Assembly: GCA_963817525.1 (NCBI GenBank)
Contig: CAWFOU010000001.1
Location: forward strand, 32,001 to 96,000
Direction of reading: 5' to 3'
Origin: an uncultured archaeon
GTDB lineage: Archaea > Thermoproteota > Nitrososphaeria > Nitrososphaerales > Gagatemarchaeaceae
Length of the DNA: 64,000 nucleotides
In this document: piece after piece, positions 1-9,298 of the stretch
Numbering within the stretch: the stretch's first letter is position 1
Layout of the letters: every line of letters starts with the position of its first letter
The notes under the pieces: generated by a model
What the model saw: the letters and a program-made list of their open reading frames with translations, nothing else
Database searches by the model: none
Told to the model about the DNA's origin: nothing
Position numbers and translations under genes: made by a program

Positions 1-3
1 CCG

Positions 4-375
4 TCAGATCCCCAGGACGCCCTTCGCGCGGAGGATGAGCCTATCCCTGATCGGCAGGTTGGCGACGGGCCCCGCGACCGGGATGAACCTTCCGTCCCGG
101 AGCTCGAAGACTTGCTTGCCCGCAGACAGGGCGTGGTCCGCCTCCGGCTTCACCCCTTCGGTCACGTTCCCATAGTGCCTGGAGAAGACGAGGCAGTCAC
201 ACGAGTCGACGAGCCCCATATAGAACTCGGTCTCCCGCCCTGGCTGGGGGGTCGTCTTCAGGGCGCTCGGGTCGACGACCTCGCAACCCGGGAAGCGGCC
301 CGCGATCAAGGTCAAGTCCCTCCTCTCAGCCGAGCTCCCGTATGTCTTCATGGGATGGGAGTAGAAGACCCGCAT
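4..375 (-). CDS. hypothetical protein, nucleoside 2-deoxyribosyltransferase-like fold
   Basis: ORF MRVFYSHPM...VDSCDCLVF...TEGVKPEADHA resembles the NDT/SLOG-like pattern; start moved to the ATG at 375. Confidence 0.5.
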   Translation of the reverse strand: MRVFYSHPMKTYGSSAERRDLTLIAGRFPGCEVVDPSALKTTPQPGRETEFYMGLVDSCDCLVFSRHYGNVTEGVKPEADHALSAGKQVFELRDGRFIPVAGPVANLPIRDRLILRAKGVLGI

Positions 376-401
376 AGAATCTGAAGTGGCCTTCAAATTA
401 G

Positions 402-1226
402 TTAAGGGTTTGGTGGGCCGCGAGCCTCCCGTCCAACCTCAACGAGGTCGATGATCTGGCCGTAGGTCCGCCCGCACCTTTGGCACCGCCCCTCGACTAT
501 CCTCCCGCCGCAGCCACAAAGGACGCGCGGCTCGTTCTTCCCTTCGCCCTTCCTGACCCGGTATCTCGCGAACAGCATCGGCTTCACGGGCCAGAGACGC
601 GAGGTCTCAAGGTCAAGGGTTGCGAGGGGCGTCAGCCTCTCCGCCTTGCGCCCGAACCTGTTGTCGAATGCGCCGACACCGAGGACATCGACCCGCTCCA
701 GCCCGGGGTGCGCGAACCTGCCTAGTGGCGTCGAGTATATCCTGTGTCCTTCCGCCGTCACCCTGATGAGCGGGCTGGGCCTCTCCACGCCCCTTCCGAG
801 CTGGTTGGCGACCCCGAGCACGAAAGTCCCCCCGTGCCTCGACACCCTCACCACCTCGTCGAGGATGGGGTCGGGGTCGGGGAGGTGGTGGATCACCCTG
901 ATCATCGCGACGAAGTCGAAGACGCTGTCGTCGAACGGCAGCCTATCGAGCTCGCTCCGCACCAGAGTGGTGTTGGAAAGCCTCGCCGACGCCATGCGAA
1001 GGTTGTTGAGAGAATAGTCCAGCATGAACATCTTCCCGATGCGCCTCTCCAGCACCTGGGTTATCCTACCGAACCCGCCCCCCAGCTCGATGCCGGTCTT
1101 CCCGACCGCCCATCGGGAGACGAGTTCCTTCTCCGCCCTGTCCTCGATACTCCTCCCCTTCCAGACCGTGGAGTAGTCGTAGCCCTCGTAGTCCGGGATG
1201 GTGGCCGATTCAGTCAAGACGCTCAT
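402..1226 (-). CDS. class I SAM-dependent methyltransferase with C-terminal Zn-ribbon
   Basis: ELGGGFG motif I, LPFDDSVFD, VIHHL; C-terminal CGC...CQRC. Confidence 0.85.
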   Translation of the reverse strand: MSVLTESATIPDYEGYDYSTVWKGRSIEDRAEKELVSRWAVGKTGIELGGGFGRITQVLERRIGKMFMLDYSLNNLRMASARLSNTTLVRSELDRLPFDDSVFDFVAMIRVIHHLPDPDPILDEVVRVSRHGGTFVLGVANQLGRGVERPSPLIRVTAEGHRIYSTPLGRFAHPGLERVDVLGVGAFDNRFGRKAERLTPLATLDLETSRLWPVKPMLFARYRVRKGEGKNEPRVLCGCGGRIVEGRCQRCGRTYGQIIDLVEVGREARGPPNP

Positions 1227-1257
1227 CTTCGTCGCCTTCGGAGCACATGGGCCGTGG

Positions 1258-2229
1258 CTACCGTTTTTCCAGGGCCTGATACATCTTCCCCAGCTCCGCG
1301 TACCTCCGTGAGGCGTACTCCAGCCGGCCCGGCTCTATCCAGGTCTGAAAAACGGAGTCTTGCTTTCCCCGCTTTGCTAGCCGTCGGTTCAGGACCCAAG
1401 CCTTGAGCGCGAGATACGGTCCTATCGTGTGAAACAACCAGAGGTTGGCGAGGTATAAGATGCGAGACCCCGTCTCGGAGGACGGGTACGTCTCGTCCCT
1501 CGTGCCAGTCTCCTTCAGCCTCCGCTCGTAGATGGCTGGGAAAAAAGCCCTCATCCAGGGTGAGCCTTCGAGGACCGCGTGGTAGGTGGCTTCGCCGGAG
1601 ATCAGCTTCGCGGTCAGAGTGTCACGGGCGCGGACGGCAGTCTTCGGGCTGCTGGGGTCTTCGATGGCCTGTCTCTTGTCCATCACGTAGCTGAAACAGA
1701 AGGGCGGGGCAGACCTATTTGAGAGAGTGCGGATCCTCGAGAGGATGAGGGCTTTGAGCATGAACAGCCACATTCCGTCGGTCTCCGTGATGCAATAGTA
1801 GTCGATGTCGTCGCTGTCGGCGGCAGAGAGGTAGGAGTTCGTCCCCGCGACGGCAGTGAATATGGTGTCCCTCCTGAACAGCCCTGAGAACGCCTTGGCG
1901 GCCTCGATGTTGGAGAGAGCGCGCCTTCTCCTCCTTTCGGCCTCCTCGATCGCCTTCCTCGCGGCTTCACGGTCAGACCCCGGCGCCACCAGCGCCATCA
2001 GCCCTTCCTCGACGTAGACCTTCGAGGCGAGCCACTCATCCGAGGCGAGGCTCTGTTCAAGCTCCTCTTCCGTCGCGTCGATCGCCAGCAGCCCTACCAG
2101 GTCGTCGATGGCCAGCGGCGCCCCCGACACCGCCGCTATCCTGCAGTACCCGAGCACCGCTTCCCTCTGCGCATCGTCCAAGGAGAATGGGACGCCTCCC
2201 GTCCTGCCTCGTCCAATCAGCGCCGTCAT
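1258..2229 (-). CDS. hypothetical protein with Pol-beta-like nucleotidyltransferase motif
   Basis: VAGTNSY...DDIDYYCI matches the hG[ST]x(9-13)DhD signature; start uncertain. Confidence 0.55.
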   Translation of the reverse strand: MTALIGRGRTGGVPFSLDDAQREAVLGYCRIAAVSGAPLAIDDLVGLLAIDATEEELEQSLASDEWLASKVYVEEGLMALVAPGSDREAARKAIEEAERRRRRALSNIEAAKAFSGLFRRDTIFTAVAGTNSYLSAADSDDIDYYCITETDGMWLFMLKALILSRIRTLSNRSAPPFCFSYVMDKRQAIEDPSSPKTAVRARDTLTAKLISGEATYHAVLEGSPWMRAFFPAIYERRLKETGTRDETYPSSETGSRILYLANLWLFHTIGPYLALKAWVLNRRLAKRGKQDSVFQTWIEPGRLEYASRRYAELGKMYQALEKR

Positions 2230-2415
2230 TCCTTGATGGGCCTTCGGACGACCATATGGATGAAGGCGGGGTGGCCGTGTTGCGCGCATCCTGTCGCGGC
2301 TCGCGTAGTTGCCCCGACGTCCACACGTGATTCCAACGGGCCTGACCATATCGTCCTGATAGATAAGCTGTGAATTTCACGATACGTTGAATAATTCGCT
2401 TGAGGGTCGAAAGCC

Positions 2416-3636
2416 GTGGGGGCAGCAGGCAGCTTCTTCGCGGACATCACCCGCGTCGACAGGTCGAGCCTGAGCGTCCAGACGGGGTTCAGGGCAGCCA
2501 TCTTGGCGATAACCCCCCTTGTACTCGGGCTCGCGATCGGCCAGCCTCAGTGGGTCTACGCCACCCTGGCCGCAATGATTCTCCTAAACACCGAGGGCCC
2601 GCCTGCCACCGCGCTCCCGCTCAGTGTCGTGCTCCTCGCATGCTTCACCGAGCCCCTCGCATTCTCGCTGGGCACTCTCGTGGGCCTCAGCGGGCTTTTC
2701 GCCGTCCCACTGGTCGGCGTCGGGGTCTTCATCGCGCGACTGTCGGTTGGGAACCCCCGACTCGCGCCCGTGGGGACTTTCACGGCGATCTTCTTCGCCG
2801 TGGGCGTGGGCCTGCCAGGCGGCTCGGTCCCCGACGCGTGGGTGCGGCTCTGGATCTGCCTCGCGGGTGCCTTCTGGGCGCTGCTGGGTGCCTGGGCCCA
2901 CCGGACCCTGGTCTCGAAGTGGCACATCGCAGGATCTCGGGGCGCCTTATCTGGGTCGTTCGGTCCGCGGGTGAGGGGCTATTTCCGGCTCCCTTCGACA
3001 CGGTCCGATGAGTTCCGCCTTGCCGCGGCGGTGGGTGCGGCTTCGGCGGCCGGCCTCGCGATAGGCTTGTCGCTGGGGTTCCCTAGGGACTTTTGGATAA
3101 TCGTGACTCTGCTCCTGGCGACTCGGCCTAGGCTAGGCCCCACCGTCTCCTCGGCGGCGATGTTGGTCCTCGGCACCATAGCTGGGGCTATTGTTGCGGC
3201 CGCGATAACTCTCGAGATCCACGAAGCCTACATCCTAGAACTTCTGCTTTTCGCCTTCGGGGTCGGCATGTTCGCCGCCAGAGGCGTGAACTTCGGGCTG
3301 GTGCAGATGTTCTTCACGCCGTTCCTGATAATCCTCCTCAACCTCCTGTATCCGGGGGAGTGGTATCTTGCGGGGGTCCGGATCCTGGACGTTGCGATAG
3401 GAGGCGCGCTGGCGGTCGCCACGGTCTATTTCTTGGGGGAGATCGGCGTAGAGCTGCACAACTTCGCGCGACGGGACCGGCGAGGGGCTGGTGGGGCGGG
3501 GGCTCCAGGAGAAGGCACGTCCCGGGGCCCACCGTCCTCCCAAAGCGCCTCAAGTGAAGCTATGGCCACGGACGGATCGTGTCGATGCGTCACTCTAGGC
3601 GGAGCTGAAGGCCCAGTTGCTTTGACAGGTTCCTGA
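2416..3636 (+). CDS. FUSC-family membrane protein
   Basis: multiple TM segments, FWIIVTLLLATRP, RILDVAIGGALA. Confidence 0.8.
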   Translation: MGAAGSFFADITRVDRSSLSVQTGFRAAILAITPLVLGLAIGQPQWVYATLAAMILLNTEGPPATALPLSVVLLACFTEPLAFSLGTLVGLSGLFAVPLVGVGVFIARLSVGNPRLAPVGTFTAIFFAVGVGLPGGSVPDAWVRLWICLAGAFWALLGAWAHRTLVSKWHIAGSRGALSGSFGPRVRGYFRLPSTRSDEFRLAAAVGAASAAGLAIGLSLGFPRDFWIIVTLLLATRPRLGPTVSSAAMLVLGTIAGAIVAAAITLEIHEAYILELLLFAFGVGMFAARGVNFGLVQMFFTPFLIILLNLLYPGEWYLAGVRILDVAIGGALAVATVYFLGEIGVELHNFARRDRRGAGGAGAPGEGTSRGPPSSQSASSEAMATDGSCRCVTLGGAEGPVALTGS

Positions 3637-4543
3637 GGTCCTGGGCGACGTAGAAGAAGGCCATCCAGCTCCACTCGCCCCACCGCCGCAACCCCTCCTC
3701 CTTCACCTTCTCGATCGCTTCCCTCTTGTTCTCCGGCTCCTTCCCGAAGAAGAGGAGCCCGAAGACGTCGACCGACCACGCGTCGATGGGGAACCCTGCG
3801 TGCGGGTTGATGATGTCCGCCGCATAGTCCCCTATCCCGGGGAGCTCGACGAGCTTGTCCTTCGCCGCGCTCGGCGGCATTCCCATTATCTCTCGGATGT
3901 CCGGGAATCCCGCCTCGATCATCTTCGCCGACGCGACGATATACTTGCCCCTGTACCCGAGCTTGCACTTCTTCGCGAACTCCCCAGGGTCTAGCATGGC
4001 GATCCTCCGAGCGGTCGGCTGCAGGAGGACCCGCTTCCCGTCGAACTCGATTGTCTCGCCGTAGATGCGGTTGATCGCCTCCATCATGTCGTTGCTCCTC
4101 TTCAATCTGGCCATCTGGAGGCAGATGGCGAGGATGACGGAGTTGAAGAGGGTCGCCGCCTGGGTGTCGTGCATGCCGTAGAGGCTCTCGACCGCGTGCT
4201 TCAGTATCTCGTCATTCATCGCGAACCCGTAGAACCCCCGCAGGTCCTGCTCCGCTCCCAGGCACACTGACAGGGTCTCGCGAAGCGTCTCGGTCTCGGC
4301 GCGGGTGACGGGACTCCGAGAGTAGACCTCTACCGACACCCGGGGCTTCGCTATCGTGCCCCGCGAAGAGATCCTCAGCCCGAAGGTCCTTCCCTTGAGA
4401 CGGATGCCGGTCCAAAGCGTCCCCTCCTCGAAGACCTCGCCTGAGGTGAACAGGTCCCAGCCAGCCGGCTTCCTGACCGTCAGATGGAAGTTGAACGGCG
4501 GAAGAGGGGCGATATCGAGGCTCCCCACCCGCCGCAGTCTCAT
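3590..4543 (-). CDS. HhH-GPD DNA glycosylase (AlkA/Ogg-like)
   Basis: LGYRGKY, LVELPGIGDYAAD helix-hairpin-helix, FPID. Confidence 0.85.
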   Translation of the reverse strand: MRLRRVGSLDIAPLPPFNFHLTVRKPAGWDLFTSGEVFEEGTLWTGIRLKGRTFGLRISSRGTIAKPRVSVEVYSRSPVTRAETETLRETLSVCLGAEQDLRGFYGFAMNDEILKHAVESLYGMHDTQAATLFNSVILAICLQMARLKRSNDMMEAINRIYGETIEFDGKRVLLQPTARRIAMLDPGEFAKKCKLGYRGKYIVASAKMIEAGFPDIREIMGMPPSAAKDKLVELPGIGDYAADIINPHAGFPIDAWSVDVFGLLFFGKEPENKREAIEKVKEEGLRRWGEWSWMAFFYVAQDLRNLSKQLGLQLRLE

Positions 4544-4609
4544 GTCGAGCCCTCAGGCGAAGGCTGATTTAATCAGGCGCCAGGGTCGCGGCTGGCGGCC
4601 GGACTAGCG

Positions 4610-5014
4610 TTACTTCTTGGATTTTGACTTCTTCTTCTTTTTCGGTGGAGGCGGCGCGCTCTGGAAGAGTGCGATGAGGTTCCCCTCGGGGTCGGCTCCG
4701 ATGAAGGACCAGCCTATCGTCGGTATCTCGGCCTTGGCCACGACCTCCCTGCCTCCCGCTTTCTGGAATGTCTCAATCGCCTTGTCGATCTTGTCGACGG
4801 CGATGTAGTTCCTGGGAACGTCGCCCGCCCCTGTCCTCTTGTACATCCCTCCAAAGACGCCCTTCCCCCTCGGGCCGGTGATGATCGTCCAGTAGTCCAT
4901 GTCTTGCATCTGCTGCTTGTCGAACTTCCATCCGAAGACGTCGGAGTAGAACTTCGACAGCCGTTCGACATCGTTCGCGGGTATCTCAAAATGCACTACA
5001 GTCTTTATGACCAT
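4610..5014 (-). CDS. VOC/glyoxalase family protein
   Basis: VVHFEIPANDVERLSKFYSDVFGW, DPEGNLIAL. Confidence 0.9.
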   Translation of the reverse strand: MVIKTVVHFEIPANDVERLSKFYSDVFGWKFDKQQMQDMDYWTIITGPRGKGVFGGMYKRTGAGDVPRNYIAVDKIDKAIETFQKAGGREVVAKAEIPTIGWSFIGADPEGNLIALFQSAPPPPKKKKKSKSKK

Positions 5015-5275
5015 GCTCTCACCGTTAGTCGACTGATATTTAATCGCCACCTCTATACTTACTATAGCCAATCAGCACGTTCGCGGAGGGTTGATGGCCT
5101 TCATCCCGTTCTCAAGTCATCCGGGGGCACGAAGGTATATGCAGGGCGGCCCTAAGCCAGGGGAGGGCCTCCATGTCGAAGAGAACGCGCAGGATAGTCA
5201 TCTTGTTCATGCTTTTCCTTCTGCTCGTCTCCGGGTTCTTTGGATTCATACTCACCTCGCTCTGAGGCGAGGCAC

Positions 5276-5527
5276 TCACCCCATCGTCCCGTGCTCGGCA
5301 TAGAGGTGCTCGTCCATCTTGGCCGAGTCCACCCGCGCCCCGCAGGTCTGGCACACGATGGGTTGGTCGTCGAGCTCCGGCTGGCTGGTGAGGGCCGGGA
5401 AGCCCTCGTCCATGTCGGCGGTCGTCGGAAGCATGTGCCTCTCGAAGCAATCGATGCACAGGTCCCTGCGGCAGAGCAAGCACCCGACTTCAGCTTTCTT
5501 CTTGCCGCATGACTGGCAGACGCTCGT
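5276..5527 (-). CDS. small Cys/His-rich zinc-finger protein (B-box-like plus C2H2-like), probable ACG start
   Basis: frame reads TSVCQSCGKKKAEVGCLLCRRDLCIDCFERH...CQTC...HLYAEH; in-frame TAG two codons upstream, no ATG/GTG/TTG before the first CxxC. Confidence 0.55.
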   Translation of the reverse strand, partial: TSVCQSCGKKKAEVGCLLCRRDLCIDCFERHMLPTTADMDEGFPALTSQPELDDQPIVCQTCGARVDSAKMDEHLYAEHGTMG

Positions 5528-5636
5528 GGCCTACTTCCTCTGGTGAGGCGAGCAACCTCGTCGCTCAAATGCCTTTTCGAGGTCTAGCTGCAAAGATTGG
5601 TGACCTATTTAACGCCCGAGGAAGATTAGGCTTGAT

Positions 5637-6422
5637 TTGGCTATCGTAGCAGTCTCGGACCAGCATCTAGGAATCGAGACCGCGGACAAGGCAGCTTTCA
5701 TCCGCTTCCTCGACCAGCTTCAATCCGACGCGAGCGTGACGGACCTGGTCCTTCTCGGCGACGTCGTCGACATGTGGAGAAGGGACGCCTCCGGGGTCTT
5801 CCTCGAGAACAAGGACGTCGTGGACAGGGTCATCCTGCTCCAGAAAAGGATGCGCGTCTACTACATCGCCGGCAACCACGACTTCCACGTCCTGAAGCTT
5901 CAAGGCCGGGGGTACCCTCTCAGCTTCATGAGGAACCTCACGCTTCAGCAAGATGGGGTGTCGTGCAGATTCATGCACGGCTGGGAGTTCGACGAGATGC
6001 AGAGGGAGCACTTCATGGAGTCGCTCTGCCACGGCATGTCCGACGAGAAGGGCGACCGGGACACGAGCATCTGGGCCAATCTCAGCCGAGACAAAGGCGA
6101 CCTGCAGCACCTCCTCTCGATCATCTTCAACAAGGACAGCTACGAGCGCACAATGAAGACGCTCCAACTAGACCCTCAGGAGAGGCTCGAGGGCAAGCTC
6201 GAGGGACTGGAGAAGAAGGCCTGCTCCACGGTCCAGCCTGGCGAGGTCCTCGTCTTCGGGCACACTCACAGGCCTTTCGTCAACCAGGCGGAGAACGCCG
6301 CGAACACCGGCTCTTGGATCACCACCGCGCCCATCCACAACACGTACGTGCGGCTGGAGGGTGGGAAACCGAGGCTGTTCGTCTTCGAGGGCGCGGAGCT
6401 TACCGAGAGAGAGCACAGCTGA
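5637..6422 (+). CDS. calcineurin-like metallophosphoesterase (LpxH-like)
   Basis: SDQH, LGDVVD, GNHD, HG, GHTH, NTGSW. Confidence 0.9.
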   Translation: MAIVAVSDQHLGIETADKAAFIRFLDQLQSDASVTDLVLLGDVVDMWRRDASGVFLENKDVVDRVILLQKRMRVYYIAGNHDFHVLKLQGRGYPLSFMRNLTLQQDGVSCRFMHGWEFDEMQREHFMESLCHGMSDEKGDRDTSIWANLSRDKGDLQHLLSIIFNKDSYERTMKTLQLDPQERLEGKLEGLEKKACSTVQPGEVLVFGHTHRPFVNQAENAANTGSWITTAPIHNTYVRLEGGKPRLFVFEGAELTEREHS

Positions 6423-6481
6423 TTCCGCTGCGTGTTGTCGAGCCTTGACGGCTCGATTGCGGGTATAGTGGAAGTGTGAAG

Positions 6482-6601
6482 CGGCGTCGGACCGACTCGA
6501 ACGGTCGACCAACTGGTTAACAGCCAGTTGCTTTTGGCGAGCTCCTTATCGGAGTTCTACCATGCCCCCCGGCACTCTCAGTGCCTCTGAGCTACGACGC
6601 C
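6482..6601 (-). tRNA. tRNA-Asn(GTT) with two D-arm introns (15/16: 6565-6586, 22 nt; 22/23: 6533-6556, 24 nt)
   Basis: removing both inserts gives GGCGTCGTAGCTCAG CATGGTAG AGCAACTGGCTGTTAACCAGTTGGTCGACCGTTCGAGTCGGTCCGACGCCG, a canonical cloverleaf; both inserts contain hairpins in BHB-like context. Confidence 0.9.
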
Positions 6602-6784
6602 AGGTAGCGCCGGCTTCCCTTTCTTCCGTATTTGGCCTTTGCGCTGAACGTGTAGGCTTTCGGGAGGCTGGAATCAAAAACGTGGACAATAACGTCGCGA
6701 GCGCCACCTGGCTAGAAAGTGAAGTTTTGCACGGGCGCCCTCGGAGTGGGCGCTTAAGTTTGCATGTAACGTCTAGCTTGCTTG

Positions 6785-7242
6785 ATGAAGAAGAGGGTCC
6801 TAGTAGCGCTCCTCAAGCGACGCATCTCGACCGAAAAGATTGCAAAGAGACTCAATCGTAGTCCTGGCAACGTCTTGTATTGGGAGCGAAAGTATGGACT
6901 CCGGCCGGCGTTTGCCTCCATGGGAAATGGGCGAAGAATTCGATCGCCCGAAGAAATGTCCGCATACATGATCAGCAACCCCACGCTTCGCCGTAGGGAA
7001 CTGAAAGCGAAGGCCATCGCCTACAAAGGAGGTAAATGCGTATTTTGTGGCTACACCCGATGCAACGCCGCATTGGAGTTTCACCATCTTGATAGGAAAG
7101 CGAAATCTTCGGCCTCTCCAGGAAAGGTATTATCAGGTCGTGGAATTCAATACAGACTGAGCTCGACAAATGCGTGCTCATCTGCGCAGATTGCCATCGC
7201 GAGGTCGAAGTCGGTGTGAGGACCTTTCCTCCCGGCGCCTAG
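6785..7242 (+). pseudogene. HNH endonuclease with N-terminal HTH, frameshifted near 7106-7108
   Basis: GGKCVFCGYTRCNAALEFHHLD in one frame continues as FGLSRKG...ELDKCVLICADCHREVE in the -1 frame; lower GC than flanks. Confidence 0.85.
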
Positions 7243-7334
7243 GTTCTCCCATTCCAAAGAGTCTCGCCAACGACTCAAGGGCCTTGCCTGTCTGCTTGGT
7301 CCAGAGTTCCTCATAATCGCCCTTCGATAGTTGC

Positions 7335-8057
7335 TTACAACCCCCGTCGATTGCCCCAGAGCAGAATGTGAAGGCGGAGAGAGAATCGGAACCCTCTCTC
7401 CTTGCATACCTCAACAAGCCATCTGCTCCTCTCGAGGAGGATAGCCGCGTCGATCCCCTCCGGCATCAGTATCACCGTGCCCCTTGGAATCACGAACCGC
7501 GAAATCATCGCCTCGACCTCGTCGAGGTCCTTCTTGTCGCACACGACGAACTTGAACCATGCCTTCCCGGACCCCACAAAGGCCCGCAGCGCATCCGGTC
7601 GCGTCCTCACGCCCTCCTCGTCGAGGCTGTTGGAGATCTTGGGTGAGACGTTGAAGCATTCGACCGACCTCGCAAAGTCAGCGCTCGGCGCTATCGTCCC
7701 GTTGGTCTCGACCTCGATGAAGAACCCCTCGCTCCTAAGGGTCGCGAGGAGAGGCGCTAGCACCCTCTGGTGCAGGAGCGGCTCGCCCCCCGTAAGGACC
7801 AGGTGTTTGCAGCCGAGGCTGGTCACCCTCTCAATCACCGCTGCGACGGACATGGGGACGTACTCCACGCCCGCCTTCGCCTTGTCTTGGTCCAGCCAGG
7901 TGTACTTGCTGTCGCACCACGTGCACGTCAGGTTGCAACGATAGGTGCGCAGGAACACGCTCGGGGTCCCCGAGTGGACCCCCTCCCCCTGGATGCTGAG
8001 GAAAATCTCCGATACCGGCAACTGCTCTTCTGCTGTTTGCACTCTTTTCTCCTCCAA
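7335..8057 (-). CDS. queE: 7-carboxy-7-deazaguanine synthase (radical SAM)
   Basis: EIFLSIQGEG, CNLTCTWCD, TGGEPLL, ETNGT, VSPK, RLH. Confidence 0.92.
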   Translation of the reverse strand: MEEKRVQTAEEQLPVSEIFLSIQGEGVHSGTPSVFLRTYRCNLTCTWCDSKYTWLDQDKAKAGVEYVPMSVAAVIERVTSLGCKHLVLTGGEPLLHQRVLAPLLATLRSEGFFIEVETNGTIAPSADFARSVECFNVSPKISNSLDEEGVRTRPDALRAFVGSGKAWFKFVVCDKKDLDEVEAMISRFVIPRGTVILMPEGIDAAILLERSRWLVEVCKERGFRFSLRLHILLWGNRRGL

Positions 8058-8195
8058 CTCCGGGATTTTTTAGAGGCGGAACGGACGGAGGCCCGCTCAA
8101 CCCGCCTATGTCATGCTGCCGCGCCCGTCGCTATTTAGCTTTCGCCCGATCGACGCTTGGCAGCTCTGGAAATCCGCCTCGGGCGGTGTGCGACC

Positions 8196-9137
8196 CTAGG
8201 TCACCGTGAGAGAGGTGACGCTGATCGTGGTGTCGTATGGCGTCGCAACCCCATTCACCGTCGACGATCCGGCTATCGCCAGGTATGTGACTAGCTTGGT
8301 GCTGCTCCCGGAGGGGGTTCCCACGGAGAGCGCGAAGTTCGTTAGAGTGGTGGGGGTGCCGTTGCAAGGCGTTATCGTCTGCGGAAGCGTGTTCGCGACG
8401 TAGTTCGTCACCTTGAATGTGTTGGTCCCGAGCGTCACGCTAGATGTCCCTGTCGACTTGAAGTACTGGTTGGAGGTATAGGTGGAGAGCTGGTTAGCGG
8501 CCTGTATCTCCGCCGAGAAGCCCGCGAAGAGGCCTACCACCATGCTCCCGCTGATGGAGCTTGTCAGGTTGTATCCGGCCTCATTTATGGCGATAGCGGT
8601 CCCATTGCTCCTAAGGATCCACGCTGTGGAATTCATGTTCTGGCCCTCTCCTTGGAAGTTCAGGTTGACCTTGAAGGTAGTCGCGCTGGCGTACACGACG
8701 CTATATGACTCCGTGATGCTCACCGCCTGTCCGCCGGACGTGCCGTTGAACTGCAGCCCCAGCGCGGAGAACGCGCTGAGGAGAGGCACGACGCTCGCCT
8801 CCGTGGAGGTGGTAGACGTGCTCGACGAAGTGCAGGAAGTCGAGACCGCGCTTGCCGTGCTGCTCGAAGTCGTGGAGCTACTAGAGGACTTTGTGGAGCT
8901 ACTGGAGCTCGAGATCATGGCCGAGCTTGTCGAGGACGACGAGGAGCTCGTCACCATGGCGGACGAGAGGGAAGATGAACTCATGGAGCTTGAGACCATC
9001 AAGGAAGAACTCGAAGTAGTCGAGGAGGACGACTTGGCCGACAAGGCTTCGTACGCCCCAATCCCTACAACGCCGATTACAACTATAGCAATTACCGCGA
9101 TGGCCAGCGGGGCCATCCCCTTTGACTTGTGATACAT
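8196..9137 (-). CDS. Ser/Thr-rich surface protein with class III (prepilin-type) signal peptide
   Basis: KSKG/MAPLAIAVIAIVVIGVVGIGAY, long Ser/Thr linker, beta-rich C-terminal domain. Confidence 0.7.
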   Translation of the reverse strand: MYHKSKGMAPLAIAVIAIVVIGVVGIGAYEALSAKSSSSTTSSSSLMVSSSMSSSSLSSAMVTSSSSSSTSSAMISSSSSSTKSSSSSTTSSSTASAVSTSCTSSSTSTTSTEASVVPLLSAFSALGLQFNGTSGGQAVSITESYSVVYASATTFKVNLNFQGEGQNMNSTAWILRSNGTAIAINEAGYNLTSSISGSMVVGLFAGFSAEIQAANQLSTYTSNQYFKSTGTSSVTLGTNTFKVTNYVANTLPQTITPCNGTPTTLTNFALSVGTPSGSSTKLVTYLAIAGSSTVNGVATPYDTTISVTSLTVT

Positions 9138-9298
9138 CAGTATGTGGCAACGACTGAGACTATATAAGCGCGCGGAGGATTGTTCGCGCAGACGAAGCTA
9201 ACAAAGTCCGCCTGGTCGCCCAGCGCTCAAGCCTAGTAAGGATGATTCTAACACTAACCATATAACGGAGATAATGCGGAATATTCGACAGTGAACCG

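Noticed and set aside
4610-4655. NLS-like PKKKKK tail on the VOC protein
   Set aside because: A short basic low-complexity tail; no functional evidence in the sequence
7100-7112. Programmed -1 frameshift in the HNH gene
   Set aside because: No slippery heptamer, and the catalytic Asn is also substituted; decay or sequencing error is simpler
8780-9040. Tandem-repeat or CRISPR-like array
   Set aside because: Low-complexity Ser/Thr linker codons; no repeat-spacer periodicity here or elsewhere in the window
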